A DNA stretch of 64,000 bases from Acetofilamentum sp. (lineage in GTDB: Bacteria > Hydrothermota > 32-111), in assembly GCA_020721805.1 (NCBI GenBank), contig DYMB01000006.1, positions 24,688 through 88,687 of the forward strand. Direction: 5' to 3'. Every line of letters begins with the position of its first letter. Within the stretch, counting starts at the first letter, position 1. The notes under the pieces are model-generated. The model searched no databases, was not told where the DNA came from, and saw only the letters and a program-made list of their open reading frames with translations. Shown here piece after piece: positions 1 to 9,223 of the stretch. The translations under genes were made by a program, and so were the position numbers.

Positions 1-230
1 ATCGATACAACTCCCTTATCTCCATCATATCCTATCCAGACATGAGATAGATTTTTTGTTTCGATTTTCTTTGCTGCAAGAGCGTTTGGTAAATCTATCC
101 TCAATCCCTGTTCTGTTCTAAAAACTGTTGTAACCATAAAGAATATTAAGAGAAGAAATACTATATCAGAGGTAGTTGTTGTTTGTATGGCTGGAGAACT
201 CTCTTCAACTTTTTCAAAATGTTTTTTCAT
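1..230 (-). CDS. exbD: ExbD/TolR family biopolymer transport protein (3' end runs off the window)
   Basis: Not in the ORF track. Hand translation from ATG at 230 (GGAGG RBS upstream): MKKHFEKVEESSPAIQTTTTSDIVFLLLIFFMVTTVFRTEQGLRIDLP, containing the ExbD D-IxFLLLIFFMV transmembrane signature. Confidence 0.88.
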   Translation of the reverse strand, partial: MKKHFEKVEESSPAIQTTTTSDIVFLLLIFFMVTTVFRTEQGLRIDLPNALAAKKIETKNLSHVWIGYDGDKGVVS

Positions 231-242
231 TACCAATCCTCC

Positions 243-692
243 TTACATCTCATCATCTTCCGCGGGAGATAGAGATATTTTTTCCTTTTTCTGTGTCTTT
301 TCAAACGCTATTTTAAGTTGGTCAAAAACTCTTATCATATAGTCATATTTTGCGGATCTTGTTGGTATGATAGAGAAAATAAGTGAATCACCTCTTGATT
401 GATTCAAAAGTTCTATAGCCTTTTCTGAAACCGCATTCCATTCTACCGGATCATTTTCAATTCTAACATCTCCAAACCTGTTTATCCTTACATGGACTAT
501 ATTCTTTGATAGAACCGAAATAGTCTCTTTGGATTCTTCAGGAAGAACAATCTGGAGACCCATTTCGGTATTAAAACTTGAAGTAACAAGGAAAAATATC
601 AACATTAAAAATGTTATATCTCCAAGTGATGCTGTCGGAATTTCAGGTTTCCGGAGAGTCTTTTTTCTTTTAAATAACATATTATCTCCCAA
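243..692 (-). CDS. exbD: ExbD/TolR family protein
   Basis: IPTASLGDITFLMLIFFLVT single TM with the conserved Asp, followed by a periplasmic domain; directly downstream of ExbB. Confidence 0.88.
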   Translation of the reverse strand: MGDNMLFKRKKTLRKPEIPTASLGDITFLMLIFFLVTSSFNTEMGLQIVLPEESKETISVLSKNIVHVRINRFGDVRIENDPVEWNAVSEKAIELLNQSRGDSLIFSIIPTRSAKYDYMIRVFDQLKIAFEKTQKKEKISLSPAEDDEM

Positions 693-1319
693 TTATGCTT
701 CTTCTATCTCCAGGTTCATTAAAATTTCAACAATTTTGTTTGATGCATCTTCAAGTGTTCTTGAATAGTTATTTATTATAGTCTGGAAGTATGTGTAAGC
801 GGCAGAGACTGGTATCGCTATAACAAGACCGGTAAGAGTTGTTATCAAAGCTTCTGAAATACCACTCGCTACAAGTTTAGGTTCAACAGTTCCCGCGAGT
901 GCTATAGCATCAAAAGCATTGATCATTCCAGAAACTGTTCCCAAAAAGCCAAGCATCGGTGCAAGTGTTATAACTACTGCAAGAAATGGCATTCCTCTAT
1001 CAAGAAATGCAAGTTCGGTTACACCTGCTTTTTCTATTGCATCTTCAATCGCTCCCTTATCCTTTCCAACATACTGGAACTCTGTTAAGGCTGATTCAAT
1101 AACTCTTGCAAAAGGACTCGGATTTTTCGCACAATGCTGTATGGCTGATTCTATCCCTTCCTTTTCGATCTTTTCCTTCAACTCTTCAATAAATTTCTTT
1201 GGGTTTTTATTCATCACAAAAAGCGTTACAAATCTTTCAATTATAAATACAACTCCAATTATGGCCAAAGCGAGTAATGGCCACATAGTCCATCCACCTC
1301 TTTGAAATAGATCTAACAC
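693..1319 (-). CDS. exbB: MotA/TolQ/ExbB proton channel family protein
   Basis: GGWTMWPL, APMLGFLGTVSGMINAF and GISEALITTLTGLVIAIP motifs; GTG start with AGGAGG RBS. Confidence 0.92.
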   Translation of the reverse strand: MLDLFQRGGWTMWPLLALAIIGVVFIIERFVTLFVMNKNPKKFIEELKEKIEKEGIESAIQHCAKNPSPFARVIESALTEFQYVGKDKGAIEDAIEKAGVTELAFLDRGMPFLAVVITLAPMLGFLGTVSGMINAFDAIALAGTVEPKLVASGISEALITTLTGLVIAIPVSAAYTYFQTIINNYSRTLEDASNKIVEILMNLEIEEA

Positions 1320-1367
1320 AAAATCCTCCTGGTTGGTTTGTTTTTTTATCTAAATAACTTAAAAAAA

Positions 1368-1395
1368 ATTATACTTTTCAAAGATTCTTTGTCAA
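1368..1395 (-). promoter_or_regulatory. Sigma70-type promoter for exbB-exbD-exbD
   Basis: Minus strand TTGACA-16 nt-TATAAT, both hexamers perfect consensus, in the intergenic gap. Confidence 0.75.
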
Positions 1396-1398
1396 TAG

Positions 1399-1749
1399 TT
1401 ATCTTGTTGACCAGATATAGTAAATAAATGCTGCAACAATAGCAAAAAAACCTGCAAGAAGAATCATTACACCTTCCAGTGCTCCCACCTGCATAGTTTT
1501 TGCTATCTGTGGAAGAAGATCATAAGGGTTGGATCTTGCCAGTGCAGGAAAATAAACGGTTAATTTCAATATATGGACAACAACTCCAGCAAGAAGCAAC
1601 AAAGTTCCAAGAATTTCAAGAATCCATATCGCTGGTTTCTTTATTATTTTAAGAAGTCTTCTTAAAATTAAAGATGAAATGAAAAGTGATACTGAAAAAA
1701 GAATTATTCCGATGGCAAGTATTATTTCAGCGGTAAAAAGAACCTTCAT
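1399..1749 (-). CDS. Small ~3-TM membrane protein, unknown function
   Basis: Three hydrophobic segments; ATGA overlap with the upstream gene; resembles neighbour 1746-2135. Confidence 0.75.
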   Translation of the reverse strand: MKVLFTAEIILAIGIILFSVSLFISSLILRRLLKIIKKPAIWILEILGTLLLLAGVVVHILKLTVYFPALARSNPYDLLPQIAKTMQVGALEGVMILLAGFFAIVAAFIYYIWSTR

Positions 1750-2135
1750 TTTGTTCCTCCCTTGTGTGGTTTTACAACATTATAAAATCTTAATACTCCT
1801 ATAAGAGAAAGAACACCGGAAAGGAAGAAAAAGAGATATCCTATCCATGTCTGGGAATCGGTCATTTTCAAATTACCAACGATTATCAAACTGTAAGCCT
1901 GAACGAACGCATAAACTATTATCCCTGTTGGTGAAACCATAATAAACTGCCAGTCCGTCTTCCTGTGTAAAACCTTTTCATACCTGTGTGCTATTATTCC
2001 TATAAGAAACAAAGCAAGCCATAGAAGAAGAGCACCAACGATGGTTAAAATACTTGAGACCATTTTTGAATCGGTTACATATTTAGGGATTCCAGTTTGA
2101 GATAAGAGTATTAAATCGAAAAGTTTTAAAATCAT
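1746..2135 (-). CDS. Small ~3-TM membrane protein, unknown function
   Basis: Three hydrophobic segments, GGAGG RBS, operonic spacing. Confidence 0.75.
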   Translation of the reverse strand: MILKLFDLILLSQTGIPKYVTDSKMVSSILTIVGALLLWLALFLIGIIAHRYEKVLHRKTDWQFIMVSPTGIIVYAFVQAYSLIIVGNLKMTDSQTWIGYLFFFLSGVLSLIGVLRFYNVVKPHKGGTK

Positions 2136-2145
2136 ATTTCCTCCA

Positions 2146-2823
2146 TCATTTTAAAATTTCAATTATTCTGTTAATCATCTTCTGCGATTGACTTGGACCT
2201 ATAATCATTGATGAAGATTTTGAAAATCTTTTCAAAAAATCATCAAGTTTACTTTGAGTAAGATTGTTTAAATCGAGTTTCATCTCATTTATGATATTTG
2301 TAATAATATCATCGGAAAAATCTTCTAAAAACTCTTGTGCTATCTTTTTCACATTGTTAAAGGTGTTTGAATCTATTTTATAAACAGGTTCCTTTTTTAT
2401 GGGGATTTCCTCTTTTTCAACTTTTTCCTCTTTTGGTGAACCTTTTACAACTATCTTCTTTTTATCTTTTAAAACAACCTTAACTTTACCAGTCTTATCC
2501 TCTGCTTCTTCCTTTACGAAAGGCTTTTCTGAAACTATGGCAAAATCGATACCATCAACATTTATACTTTTGTCAACTAAAATACCATAAAAAGAATTAT
2601 CCTTTAAAAAAAAGACCATTTTTTTCTTATCGTTTTGATATTCTATCCTGTCCATATTTGAAATACCGGCAGCATCAAGTGATTGTTTTAAAACAACAAC
2701 GGTCTGCTTTATAATTTCATCTGTATATCCGATTACACCAGTTTTGGATATATTTTCATTTTCCGTTGAAAAGACAAAATCCGCGTTGTATCTATCTCTT
2801 ATCTTCTCAATGTTATAACCCAT
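2146..2823 (-). CDS. Hypothetical cytoplasmic protein (possible degenerate Roadblock-like N-domain, Lys/Glu linker, helical C-domain)
   Basis: 225-aa ORF with RBS, operonic; charged low-complexity linker between two domains. Confidence 0.65.
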   Translation of the reverse strand: MGYNIEKIRDRYNADFVFSTENENISKTGVIGYTDEIIKQTVVVLKQSLDAAGISNMDRIEYQNDKKKMVFFLKDNSFYGILVDKSINVDGIDFAIVSEKPFVKEEAEDKTGKVKVVLKDKKKIVVKGSPKEEKVEKEEIPIKKEPVYKIDSNTFNNVKKIAQEFLEDFSDDIITNIINEMKLDLNNLTQSKLDDFLKRFSKSSSMIIGPSQSQKMINRIIEILK

Positions 2824-2832
2824 AATTCCCCC

Positions 2833-3591
2833 TTACCTCTTACTCAACTTTTCTATAACATTTTGAACCATCTTTTTTGCTTCGGATGCACCATAAACCT
2901 CAACAGCCTTTTTACATACTCCATCTATAACTATTTTTGTGGTTCTTTGTATTTCATCTCTATTTATCTCCACGGATACTATAGGTTTTACATTTATTCT
3001 ATCTTCAACATCAAGAGCCTTCTCAAGCATTTCAACATTTTTCAAATACTCTTTTATAAAATTGTTCCAGACCTTCCTATCACCACTCTGAGAGAATTCA
3101 TCGATAAGATAATTCAACTGCAAAACTTTTGAAAGTAAAAGTTTTCTCTCTATCTCTCCGAGTTTGTCTTCTTCCTTAACCTGCTTAAACTCTTTAACAG
3201 ATTTCTCAATGTCCATCTTTTGATAGACCTTTTCTTCAACCTTTGGAGATTCGACTTTAACGCTCTCTTCTTTAATAGTTTGATATAAATCATAAAAACT
3301 GTTCAAATCAATATCACCGTTGACTTTGAAAAGTATAAATTCGTTCTTTTCGGATATCAAAACAATATCATGACCATTCATTTTTAAAAAGGATATAACA
3401 GGATTGTTCAATTGAAACTTTTTAAAAATAACATCTCCTGCTGAACCAAGAAAGGCTCCAATGTCGGATATATTATCGGAAGATTTCAAAAGATCCTCTA
3501 AAACTGAACCATCCTCCTTGTTCAATCTCATCGCACCAAGAATGGGGAATGTTTCTTTAATTTTCTCAACCATTTGATTAAGATTCATCAC
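2833..3591 (-). CDS. Roadblock/LC7-like N-terminal domain protein with helical C-domain
   Basis: N-terminus ILGAMRLNKEDGSVLE...DIGAFLGSAG follows the Roadblock helix-strand-strand-helix pattern (by eye). Confidence 0.55.
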   Translation of the reverse strand: MMNLNQMVEKIKETFPILGAMRLNKEDGSVLEDLLKSSDNISDIGAFLGSAGDVIFKKFQLNNPVISFLKMNGHDIVLISEKNEFILFKVNGDIDLNSFYDLYQTIKEESVKVESPKVEEKVYQKMDIEKSVKEFKQVKEEDKLGEIERKLLLSKVLQLNYLIDEFSQSGDRKVWNNFIKEYLKNVEMLEKALDVEDRINVKPIVSVEINRDEIQRTTKIVIDGVCKKAVEVYGASEAKKMVQNVIEKLSKR

Positions 3592-4471
3592 TTACTCCCT
3601 CTTTACTTAAAAATTCTTTATATTTTTTTCTCGCGATCATCGAACCAACCTCTTCATTCGCTTTTTCAAATATCTTTTCATAAAGGATTTTTTTTATGTT
3701 TTTTATTTTCACATCATCTATGAATCTATCAACGGTTTCGTCAAACTCTATCTGTTCGTTATTGAATCTTATCAAACCTGCGACCGTTTCAAATCCAGAG
3801 TTCGTTAAAACATCAACTATGAATCCAGCCCAATCCTTTGTATTCGTATTTTTCACAGCAAATACTTCAAGAATGTTGTTTAGACTTTTTTGAAATTCCT
3901 TTCTTAATTTTTCTGAAAATGATTTATCAAAGAGAAAACCTTTAGATAACAGATATTCAAGTGATTTATACGATTCGAGAAGTGGAAGATTGGATTCTTT
4001 TATTATCAGTTTTATACTCTTTTTACCATCAACCAGTCTAAGTATAACCCAATCGGTCTTCCTCAAACTTATATTCTCTCCAAGACCTTCAGCTCTTTTT
4101 TCAAGTATGGAATCAAAGGGGGGTAATCTTTTCAAAATATCATCAAACTCAATTCTTCTTTTTTCAATCTGTTCTATCAAAACATCGGTGTTTGGTTGCG
4201 AGATCGTTGATTTATCAGTCTTTTCGCCATTTTTATAAATCACCCATCCAATCTTTTCTATAGAAAGATTATATAGAGCCTCTTCACCGGTAAAAGATTC
4301 GTATTCAGCATGTTTTGGAACCCCATTCTCAAAATAAATATCTCCAGTTTTATTTTCTATCTCAAATTTCAAAACTCCTGTTCTATTATAATTTGAAATT
4401 AGTGTTATAAATTCAATTGGACTGAAAATCTCAAGATTTGCTTTTAGATCTATTATCTTTTCTTTATCCAT
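3578..4471 (-). CDS. DUF4388 (PATAN-like) domain protein
   Basis: ANLEIFSPIEFITLISNYNRTGVLKF...GDIYFENGVPKHAEY...GEEALY, then W-x-ILRLVDGKKSI winged-helix-like segment. Confidence 0.8.
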   Translation of the reverse strand: MDKEKIIDLKANLEIFSPIEFITLISNYNRTGVLKFEIENKTGDIYFENGVPKHAEYESFTGEEALYNLSIEKIGWVIYKNGEKTDKSTISQPNTDVLIEQIEKRRIEFDDILKRLPPFDSILEKRAEGLGENISLRKTDWVILRLVDGKKSIKLIIKESNLPLLESYKSLEYLLSKGFLFDKSFSEKLRKEFQKSLNNILEVFAVKNTNTKDWAGFIVDVLTNSGFETVAGLIRFNNEQIEFDETVDRFIDDVKIKNIKKILYEKIFEKANEEVGSMIARKKYKEFLSKEGVSDES

Positions 4472-5199
4472 CCCTCATCCCTATATTTTTGAACTAAACT
4501 TTTAAATCCAGTATCGTTAAAATCTATTCTTAATTTTTCCCACTGGTAATTTAAACTGTTAAAAAAAACTTCATAGAAAATTTTTGACATATTTTTAGTA
4601 TTATAAGTTATACCTGTTAAATTTTCAATATTGTTAGTATAAATTTTACCGTAAATTTTTTCCTGTGGTATTAAACTTTTTTTTACAAGAATCGAACCCT
4701 GCTGTAAAAAATTTGTTTCGGAAAATGTTTGTGCACTTCCAACGATCTTTTCTCCTTTAAGATTTATTTCAAATATTGATGTGGAAGCGAAACAATTCGC
4801 TGAAAAACTTTCCTTTTTTTCACCACCACTCAAAGAAGCATCTATTCCCATCTTTCTAAAAGATTTAACAAATATCTCTGAAATTTTTTTATACCTTTCT
4901 ATAAGTCCCATACCACCTGTAAAAATTTTGTTATTACCACAGAAAGAATATGTGAGATCCCCCGAATGGATTACAGCCCTTCCGCCTGTGATCCTTCTTG
5001 TTATATCTATACCGTTTTTAACAACATAATCGAAATCTATTCCAAAATTATATCTCTGGTTGTAACCTATCGTTATCGAAGGTTTTGAAAAAGTGTAGAA
5101 TCTAAAAAAAAGTGTTTCTATATTATTGTATGCCCACTCATCTATAGCCATATTTGTCCAAACATCGAAATTTGAATGATCCATAAAGAAAGCTTTCAT
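4453..5199 (-). CDS. Lipoate-protein ligase / LipM-like octanoyltransferase (BPL/LplA/LipB family)
   Basis: NMAIDE, RRITGGRAVIHSGDLTYS, CF and KIVGSAQ...QQGSI motifs; start placed at ATG 5199 (ATGA overlap with the upstream stop). Confidence 0.88.
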   Translation of the reverse strand: MKAFFMDHSNFDVWTNMAIDEWAYNNIETLFFRFYTFSKPSITIGYNQRYNFGIDFDYVVKNGIDITRRITGGRAVIHSGDLTYSFCGNNKIFTGGMGLIERYKKISEIFVKSFRKMGIDASLSGGEKKESFSANCFASTSIFEINLKGEKIVGSAQTFSETNFLQQGSILVKKSLIPQEKIYGKIYTNNIENLTGITYNTKNMSKIFYEVFFNSLNYQWEKLRIDFNDTGFKSLVQKYRDEGWIKKR

Positions 5200-5816
5200 T
5201 TTAAAATCTTTAACCAATCGGATAAAAGAAAATATATTCTTCCTATAAGCAACGATATACGAGCCATAACTGTGTAGCCAAAAGAAGCACCAAATGCTAT
5301 CATTATAAAAGTAATTCCAATTTTGGAACCATATTTTAAAACACCTTTCTGTTCTTTTGAAAAATAAAAATAAATCAGAGTTGTTAATACGCCGAAAATT
5401 ATCAACAGATTGTTAAAAGTTTCAAAATTAAAACCTGATAATGGAATAAGTGTCGCTTGAACCTGAGGAAGTATGAACCCCTGAATGGCTCCTGTTACAC
5501 CGAGACCTGCACCCATACCAACCGTAAAGGCTATAGACCATCTGGATAACCAGGCTATATTTGGAAACCATCTGGTTAACATAATTATTCCAAAAAAAGC
5601 GGGGATTATAAGGATAAACTCTTTATTTTTAATTATCGGATCGAGTAGCATCGGTTGAATAACATATGCCCATGTGTAGATCAACCAGTATCCAGCAGTG
5701 ATCCCGACATAAAGATGTTCAGCAAATTTATAAAATGGATTATCCTTATAAAGAAAAGAATATATAAAAAGGGTTAAACCTGCCGCGATCCATATACCAA
5801 TGGTTGTTCCCATCAT
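5196..5816 (-). CDS. Conserved polytopic membrane protein, module gene D copy 2
   Basis: About 6 TM; IYSFLYKDNPFYKFAE and FIMIAFGASFGYTVMARISL motifs shared with 8615-9223. Confidence 0.8.
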   Translation of the reverse strand: MMGTTIGIWIAAGLTLFIYSFLYKDNPFYKFAEHLYVGITAGYWLIYTWAYVIQPMLLDPIIKNKEFILIIPAFFGIIMLTRWFPNIAWLSRWSIAFTVGMGAGLGVTGAIQGFILPQVQATLIPLSGFNFETFNNLLIIFGVLTTLIYFYFSKEQKGVLKYGSKIGITFIMIAFGASFGYTVMARISLLIGRIYFLLSDWLKILK

Positions 5817-6649
5817 TTTCCTCCTTCTTTTGCCTTTCTACTTTTCTCGACAAAATAAGCGATATTCCCCAATATGATGAAAATTATTATTACAAGATGT
5901 GAATAAGATTGTGAAGCCATTCCAGCAACAGCAAGATCAGGTTTTCCAACAAGAGCTTCATATTCCGCAGCACCCTTCATACCACCAACAAGCCCAATTA
6001 TCTGTTTTGATTGATAGAAATAATAGGCATCAGGTGCAGAAACAGCGTTTAAAGCTAAGGCGATTTTTTGTTTAAACCTTCCACCAGCATACTCTATCCA
6101 GACAAGGTATGTTGCTCCCGCCTCAAGTCCTACAAGTAGATCTATATCATTGTAATTGTGAACATTTTTCATAATCGGAAAAGAATCGAGTGGAATATTT
6201 CTATAATCAGTTTTAAAATAATCTCTTATCTCTTTTCCTATTCCAACTATCTGGGCAACATATCCCGGTCTATATCCAAGATTGATATAATCAACGCCAT
6301 AGATAGCCTGTGTTTCTCTCGCTATCTTTTCAAGTGCCGTTGTTCCAAGGGGGGCACCAAGTTGCCATTGAACGACGAGTATTGGCTTTAATTTGTTTCT
6401 AAAGAGTTGTCTCAACAATGCCTCAAGAAAGGGCTGTTGTTCTGGCATAGATGCAGCATCATAATCTATGGAAATCATAACTTTACTTCCTTCAGGTAAA
6501 TTTTCTACATAATCGTATACATCCTGAACAGGTTTTGTTGGAACAACTGGAAACTTTGGTTTTAAAATGAGTGGTAGTATAACAACCAAAGCTATAAAGA
6601 TATATATGAATCTTCTATCAACTTTTGACAGTTTTAAAAAAATGTTCAT
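5813..6649 (-). CDS. Membrane-anchored protein with soluble alpha/beta domain, module gene C copy 2
   Basis: N- and C-terminal TM; DRRFIY, DYD, GGMKGAAEYE and ILGNIAYF motifs shared with 9220-10089. Confidence 0.8.
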   Translation of the reverse strand: MNIFLKLSKVDRRFIYIFIALVVILPLILKPKFPVVPTKPVQDVYDYVENLPEGSKVMISIDYDAASMPEQQPFLEALLRQLFRNKLKPILVVQWQLGAPLGTTALEKIARETQAIYGVDYINLGYRPGYVAQIVGIGKEIRDYFKTDYRNIPLDSFPIMKNVHNYNDIDLLVGLEAGATYLVWIEYAGGRFKQKIALALNAVSAPDAYYFYQSKQIIGLVGGMKGAAEYEALVGKPDLAVAGMASQSYSHLVIIIFIILGNIAYFVEKSRKAKEGGK

Positions 6650-6658
6650 AAAAACTCC

Positions 6659-7297
6659 TTATGAAAGATAACTTCTTTCTATACCGAGAAGTATTCTTAT
6701 CGAAACACCGAGCGCCCCAAGTGATATCCCAAGTCCTATTCCTCGCTTTGCTGCCATCTGGGGAACCTGCATTATCCATTCTGTAAATTTTGGAAGATTC
6801 GGGGAAATCTGTTCTCCAAGTGGGACCCTTCCAAGCATTACTATTATAGCGGTTATAAGAAGAAGCGTGGCATCAAAATTTCTCGCTCTGAACGCTCTAT
6901 AGGCTGCAGATGCTATAAAAAAGGCAAGCAAAGAAAACATTGTTGATTGTAATGGAACGATGAAATAATTATAAATGTATGTAAAATAGGAAGCTTCGTT
7001 AAATGCTGTTCCCAACCTTATAGTTTCAATTATACCTATAACAACCGTTCCGGTAAATCCTGCTATCAGAACGATAGAGTATCCCCAGTTTCCAGTCCTT
7101 CTTGTTATCTTTCTGTAATGCATACCTATGAGTGAATCTACACCAAGTAGCATTGTGAAACCGGCGATTATCGAATACCAGTTTAAAGATATTTTTTCAA
7201 GATCACCAAAAGGTTTATGAGGAATAAAGAATGAAAAGATCATAATCGTTCCAACGATAAATGTGATAAAAACAGGTATACCTTTGCCTTTTAACAT
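6659..7297 (-). CDS. Conserved polytopic membrane protein, module gene B copy 2
   Basis: QSTMFSLLAFFIASAAYRAFRAR-x-FDATLLLITA and LGIERSYL motifs shared with 10086-10763. Confidence 0.8.
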   Translation of the reverse strand: MLKGKGIPVFITFIVGTIMIFSFFIPHKPFGDLEKISLNWYSIIAGFTMLLGVDSLIGMHYRKITRRTGNWGYSIVLIAGFTGTVVIGIIETIRLGTAFNEASYFTYIYNYFIVPLQSTMFSLLAFFIASAAYRAFRARNFDATLLLITAIIVMLGRVPLGEQISPNLPKFTEWIMQVPQMAAKRGIGLGISLGALGVSIRILLGIERSYLS

Positions 7298-7309
7298 TAC
7301 TCCTCCTGA

Positions 7310-8602
7310 TTAAACTTGTAATGCCTGATACAGGATGTCAAACAAATTTTTAAAAAATTCAATTTTCAAGCCTGACCCTAAAAATGAAAGTAAAAAACCT
7401 AGAACAAGTATAGACATTATGATAACTTTTAAAAAATCCTCAGCCGCTATGGAACCAAGCATCATCGGTTCCTTTTGCAAATATACAGATGCTGCCATCA
7501 TCTCCTCACCGATTAAAGTGTAATCGCAGGCAGCCACAAAGAATGGAAGTTGTGCGGTTTCGGTTGTTCCAGAAATCTGTATGGCACCTATCGAATGACC
7601 GGTTTCAGCAAGTATAAGTGATTCAGCAAAAAATAATCCCTGCAGGAATATAGCACCGGGTTTTTCTCTCATCATCATTCCATCAACACCGGCTGCATAT
7701 CCAAACTGATCCTGTGTTATGTACATTATATCGTTTTTATTGTAAAGATCAGGTCTTCCTGCTTCGGTGAACGCTTCCTTAACAACCTCCTGTGCGGTTG
7801 TCATAACTACGGGATCATATGAGGGAACAAGTATTTTTGTTTCATATTCAGCGACCTTTTTTGCAACCCTTCCAAGAATGGTTAAACCTGCTATCGTGGG
7901 TATATCAGTCACATAACCTATACCAAGAATATACATTATAGGTTTTCCCATTTCGGTGCTTCGTCCAACAGCCTCTTCAACAGCATCTAGTCCATTTATC
8001 TTTCTTATATAGAGATCCTTACCTTTTTTAGCAAGATTTAAATAGTATAAAAAAGTAAGCGATATAATTATTAAAGATATAAGAACCGCCAATCTTAAAA
8101 AATTAAACCATGATGCTTTTGAATAAACCATTTGGGTTTTGGATAAAACAAAAAATGTATCATCATTAAAAGAATAAAGACCCTCTTTGAAATCGAAAGT
8201 ATCAAGTAAAATTTGCAACAGTTCTTCAGTGATAAATTTTTTAGAAAGAATACCCCAATAATTGTAACCTTTAGAATCAATAACCCTATCTGGTTCTTCT
8301 TCGCTGTTCACATCTCTGACCTGTTTAGAAAGAATGGGAATATCGGTGGTTAACAATACTCTTTTACCATCCTCATCAATTCTGATGATGCTTATGAACC
8401 AATCTTTTAAAATTTCAGGAGAATCCCACTTTAACTCTATACCACCACCACCATCGTTAGGTATATCAGAAGCATCGATGGTAAAATTTTTTACAATAGA
8501 GTCTGGAGTATCTTCACCAAGAAAAGTTAAAATAGGCTTCTCTTGAGAGAAAATCAGTATAAAAAGTGAAATTGAAAGAATGAAGAAAAAAATTTTTTTC
8601 AC
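7310..8602 (-). CDS. Signal peptide + FN3-like extracytoplasmic domain + DUF6754-like domain, module gene A copy 2
   Basis: GTG start with GGAGG RBS; IRKINGLDAVEEAVGRSTEMGKP and AQLPFFVAACDYTLIGEE motifs (family name recalled as DUF6754, not searched). Confidence 0.75.
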   Translation of the reverse strand: MKKIFFFILSISLFILIFSQEKPILTFLGEDTPDSIVKNFTIDASDIPNDGGGGIELKWDSPEILKDWFISIIRIDEDGKRVLLTTDIPILSKQVRDVNSEEEPDRVIDSKGYNYWGILSKKFITEELLQILLDTFDFKEGLYSFNDDTFFVLSKTQMVYSKASWFNFLRLAVLISLIIISLTFLYYLNLAKKGKDLYIRKINGLDAVEEAVGRSTEMGKPIMYILGIGYVTDIPTIAGLTILGRVAKKVAEYETKILVPSYDPVVMTTAQEVVKEAFTEAGRPDLYNKNDIMYITQDQFGYAAGVDGMMMREKPGAIFLQGLFFAESLILAETGHSIGAIQISGTTETAQLPFFVAACDYTLIGEEMMAASVYLQKEPMMLGSIAAEDFLKVIIMSILVLGFLLSFLGSGLKIEFFKNLFDILYQALQV

Positions 8603-8614
8603 CTATCCTCCAGT

Positions 8615-9223
8615 TTATTTTATTATTCCGAGCCAGTCGGAAAGAAGAAACTGTATTCTGCCGATGAAAAGGGAGACCCTTGCCATTATCGTATAGCCGA
8701 AAGCAGCTCCAAAAGCGACCATTATGAATGTTATCCCAACCCTTGATACTCTTCCAACAAAACCTTTATGCTCAAGCGAAAAAAAGAAATAGATCAAAGT
8801 TGAAATAACACCTATGACAATGATAATTATACCAATATCAAGTTTTGTTGGCATCGTTGCATAAACCTGTTTGAACAAAAATTCAAAAGAGGATGGGACT
8901 GAAAGCCCTGTTCCTGCACCCACAACAAAAGCTATTGGTATTCTTGAAAGATATGCAACATTTTTAAAAAACCTTGAAAACATTAACAATCCAAGTAAGA
9001 GTGGAATTAAAACCAAAAAATTTTTATCGTAAACAAGTGGATTAAAAACTTTAGTGATTATGGTATTATGCCAGTAAACCGAAATACCGTATCCTATAGA
9101 GATTCCAACAAGAAGGTATTCTGCGAATTTATAAAAAGGATTATCCTTATATAAAAAAGAGTATATTGCCAAAGTTAAAATGGCTGCTATCCATATCCAG
9201 AAATTGGATGAGAGTGCCATCAT
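8615..9223 (-). CDS. Conserved polytopic membrane protein, module gene D copy 1
   Basis: Paralogue of 5196-5816 (WIAAxLTLxIYSFLYKDNPFYKFAE; FLLSDWL C-terminus). Confidence 0.8.
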   Translation of the reverse strand: MMALSSNFWIWIAAILTLAIYSFLYKDNPFYKFAEYLLVGISIGYGISVYWHNTIITKVFNPLVYDKNFLVLIPLLLGLLMFSRFFKNVAYLSRIPIAFVVGAGTGLSVPSSFEFLFKQVYATMPTKLDIGIIIIVIGVISTLIYFFFSLEHKGFVGRVSRVGITFIMVAFGAAFGYTIMARVSLFIGRIQFLLSDWLGIIK

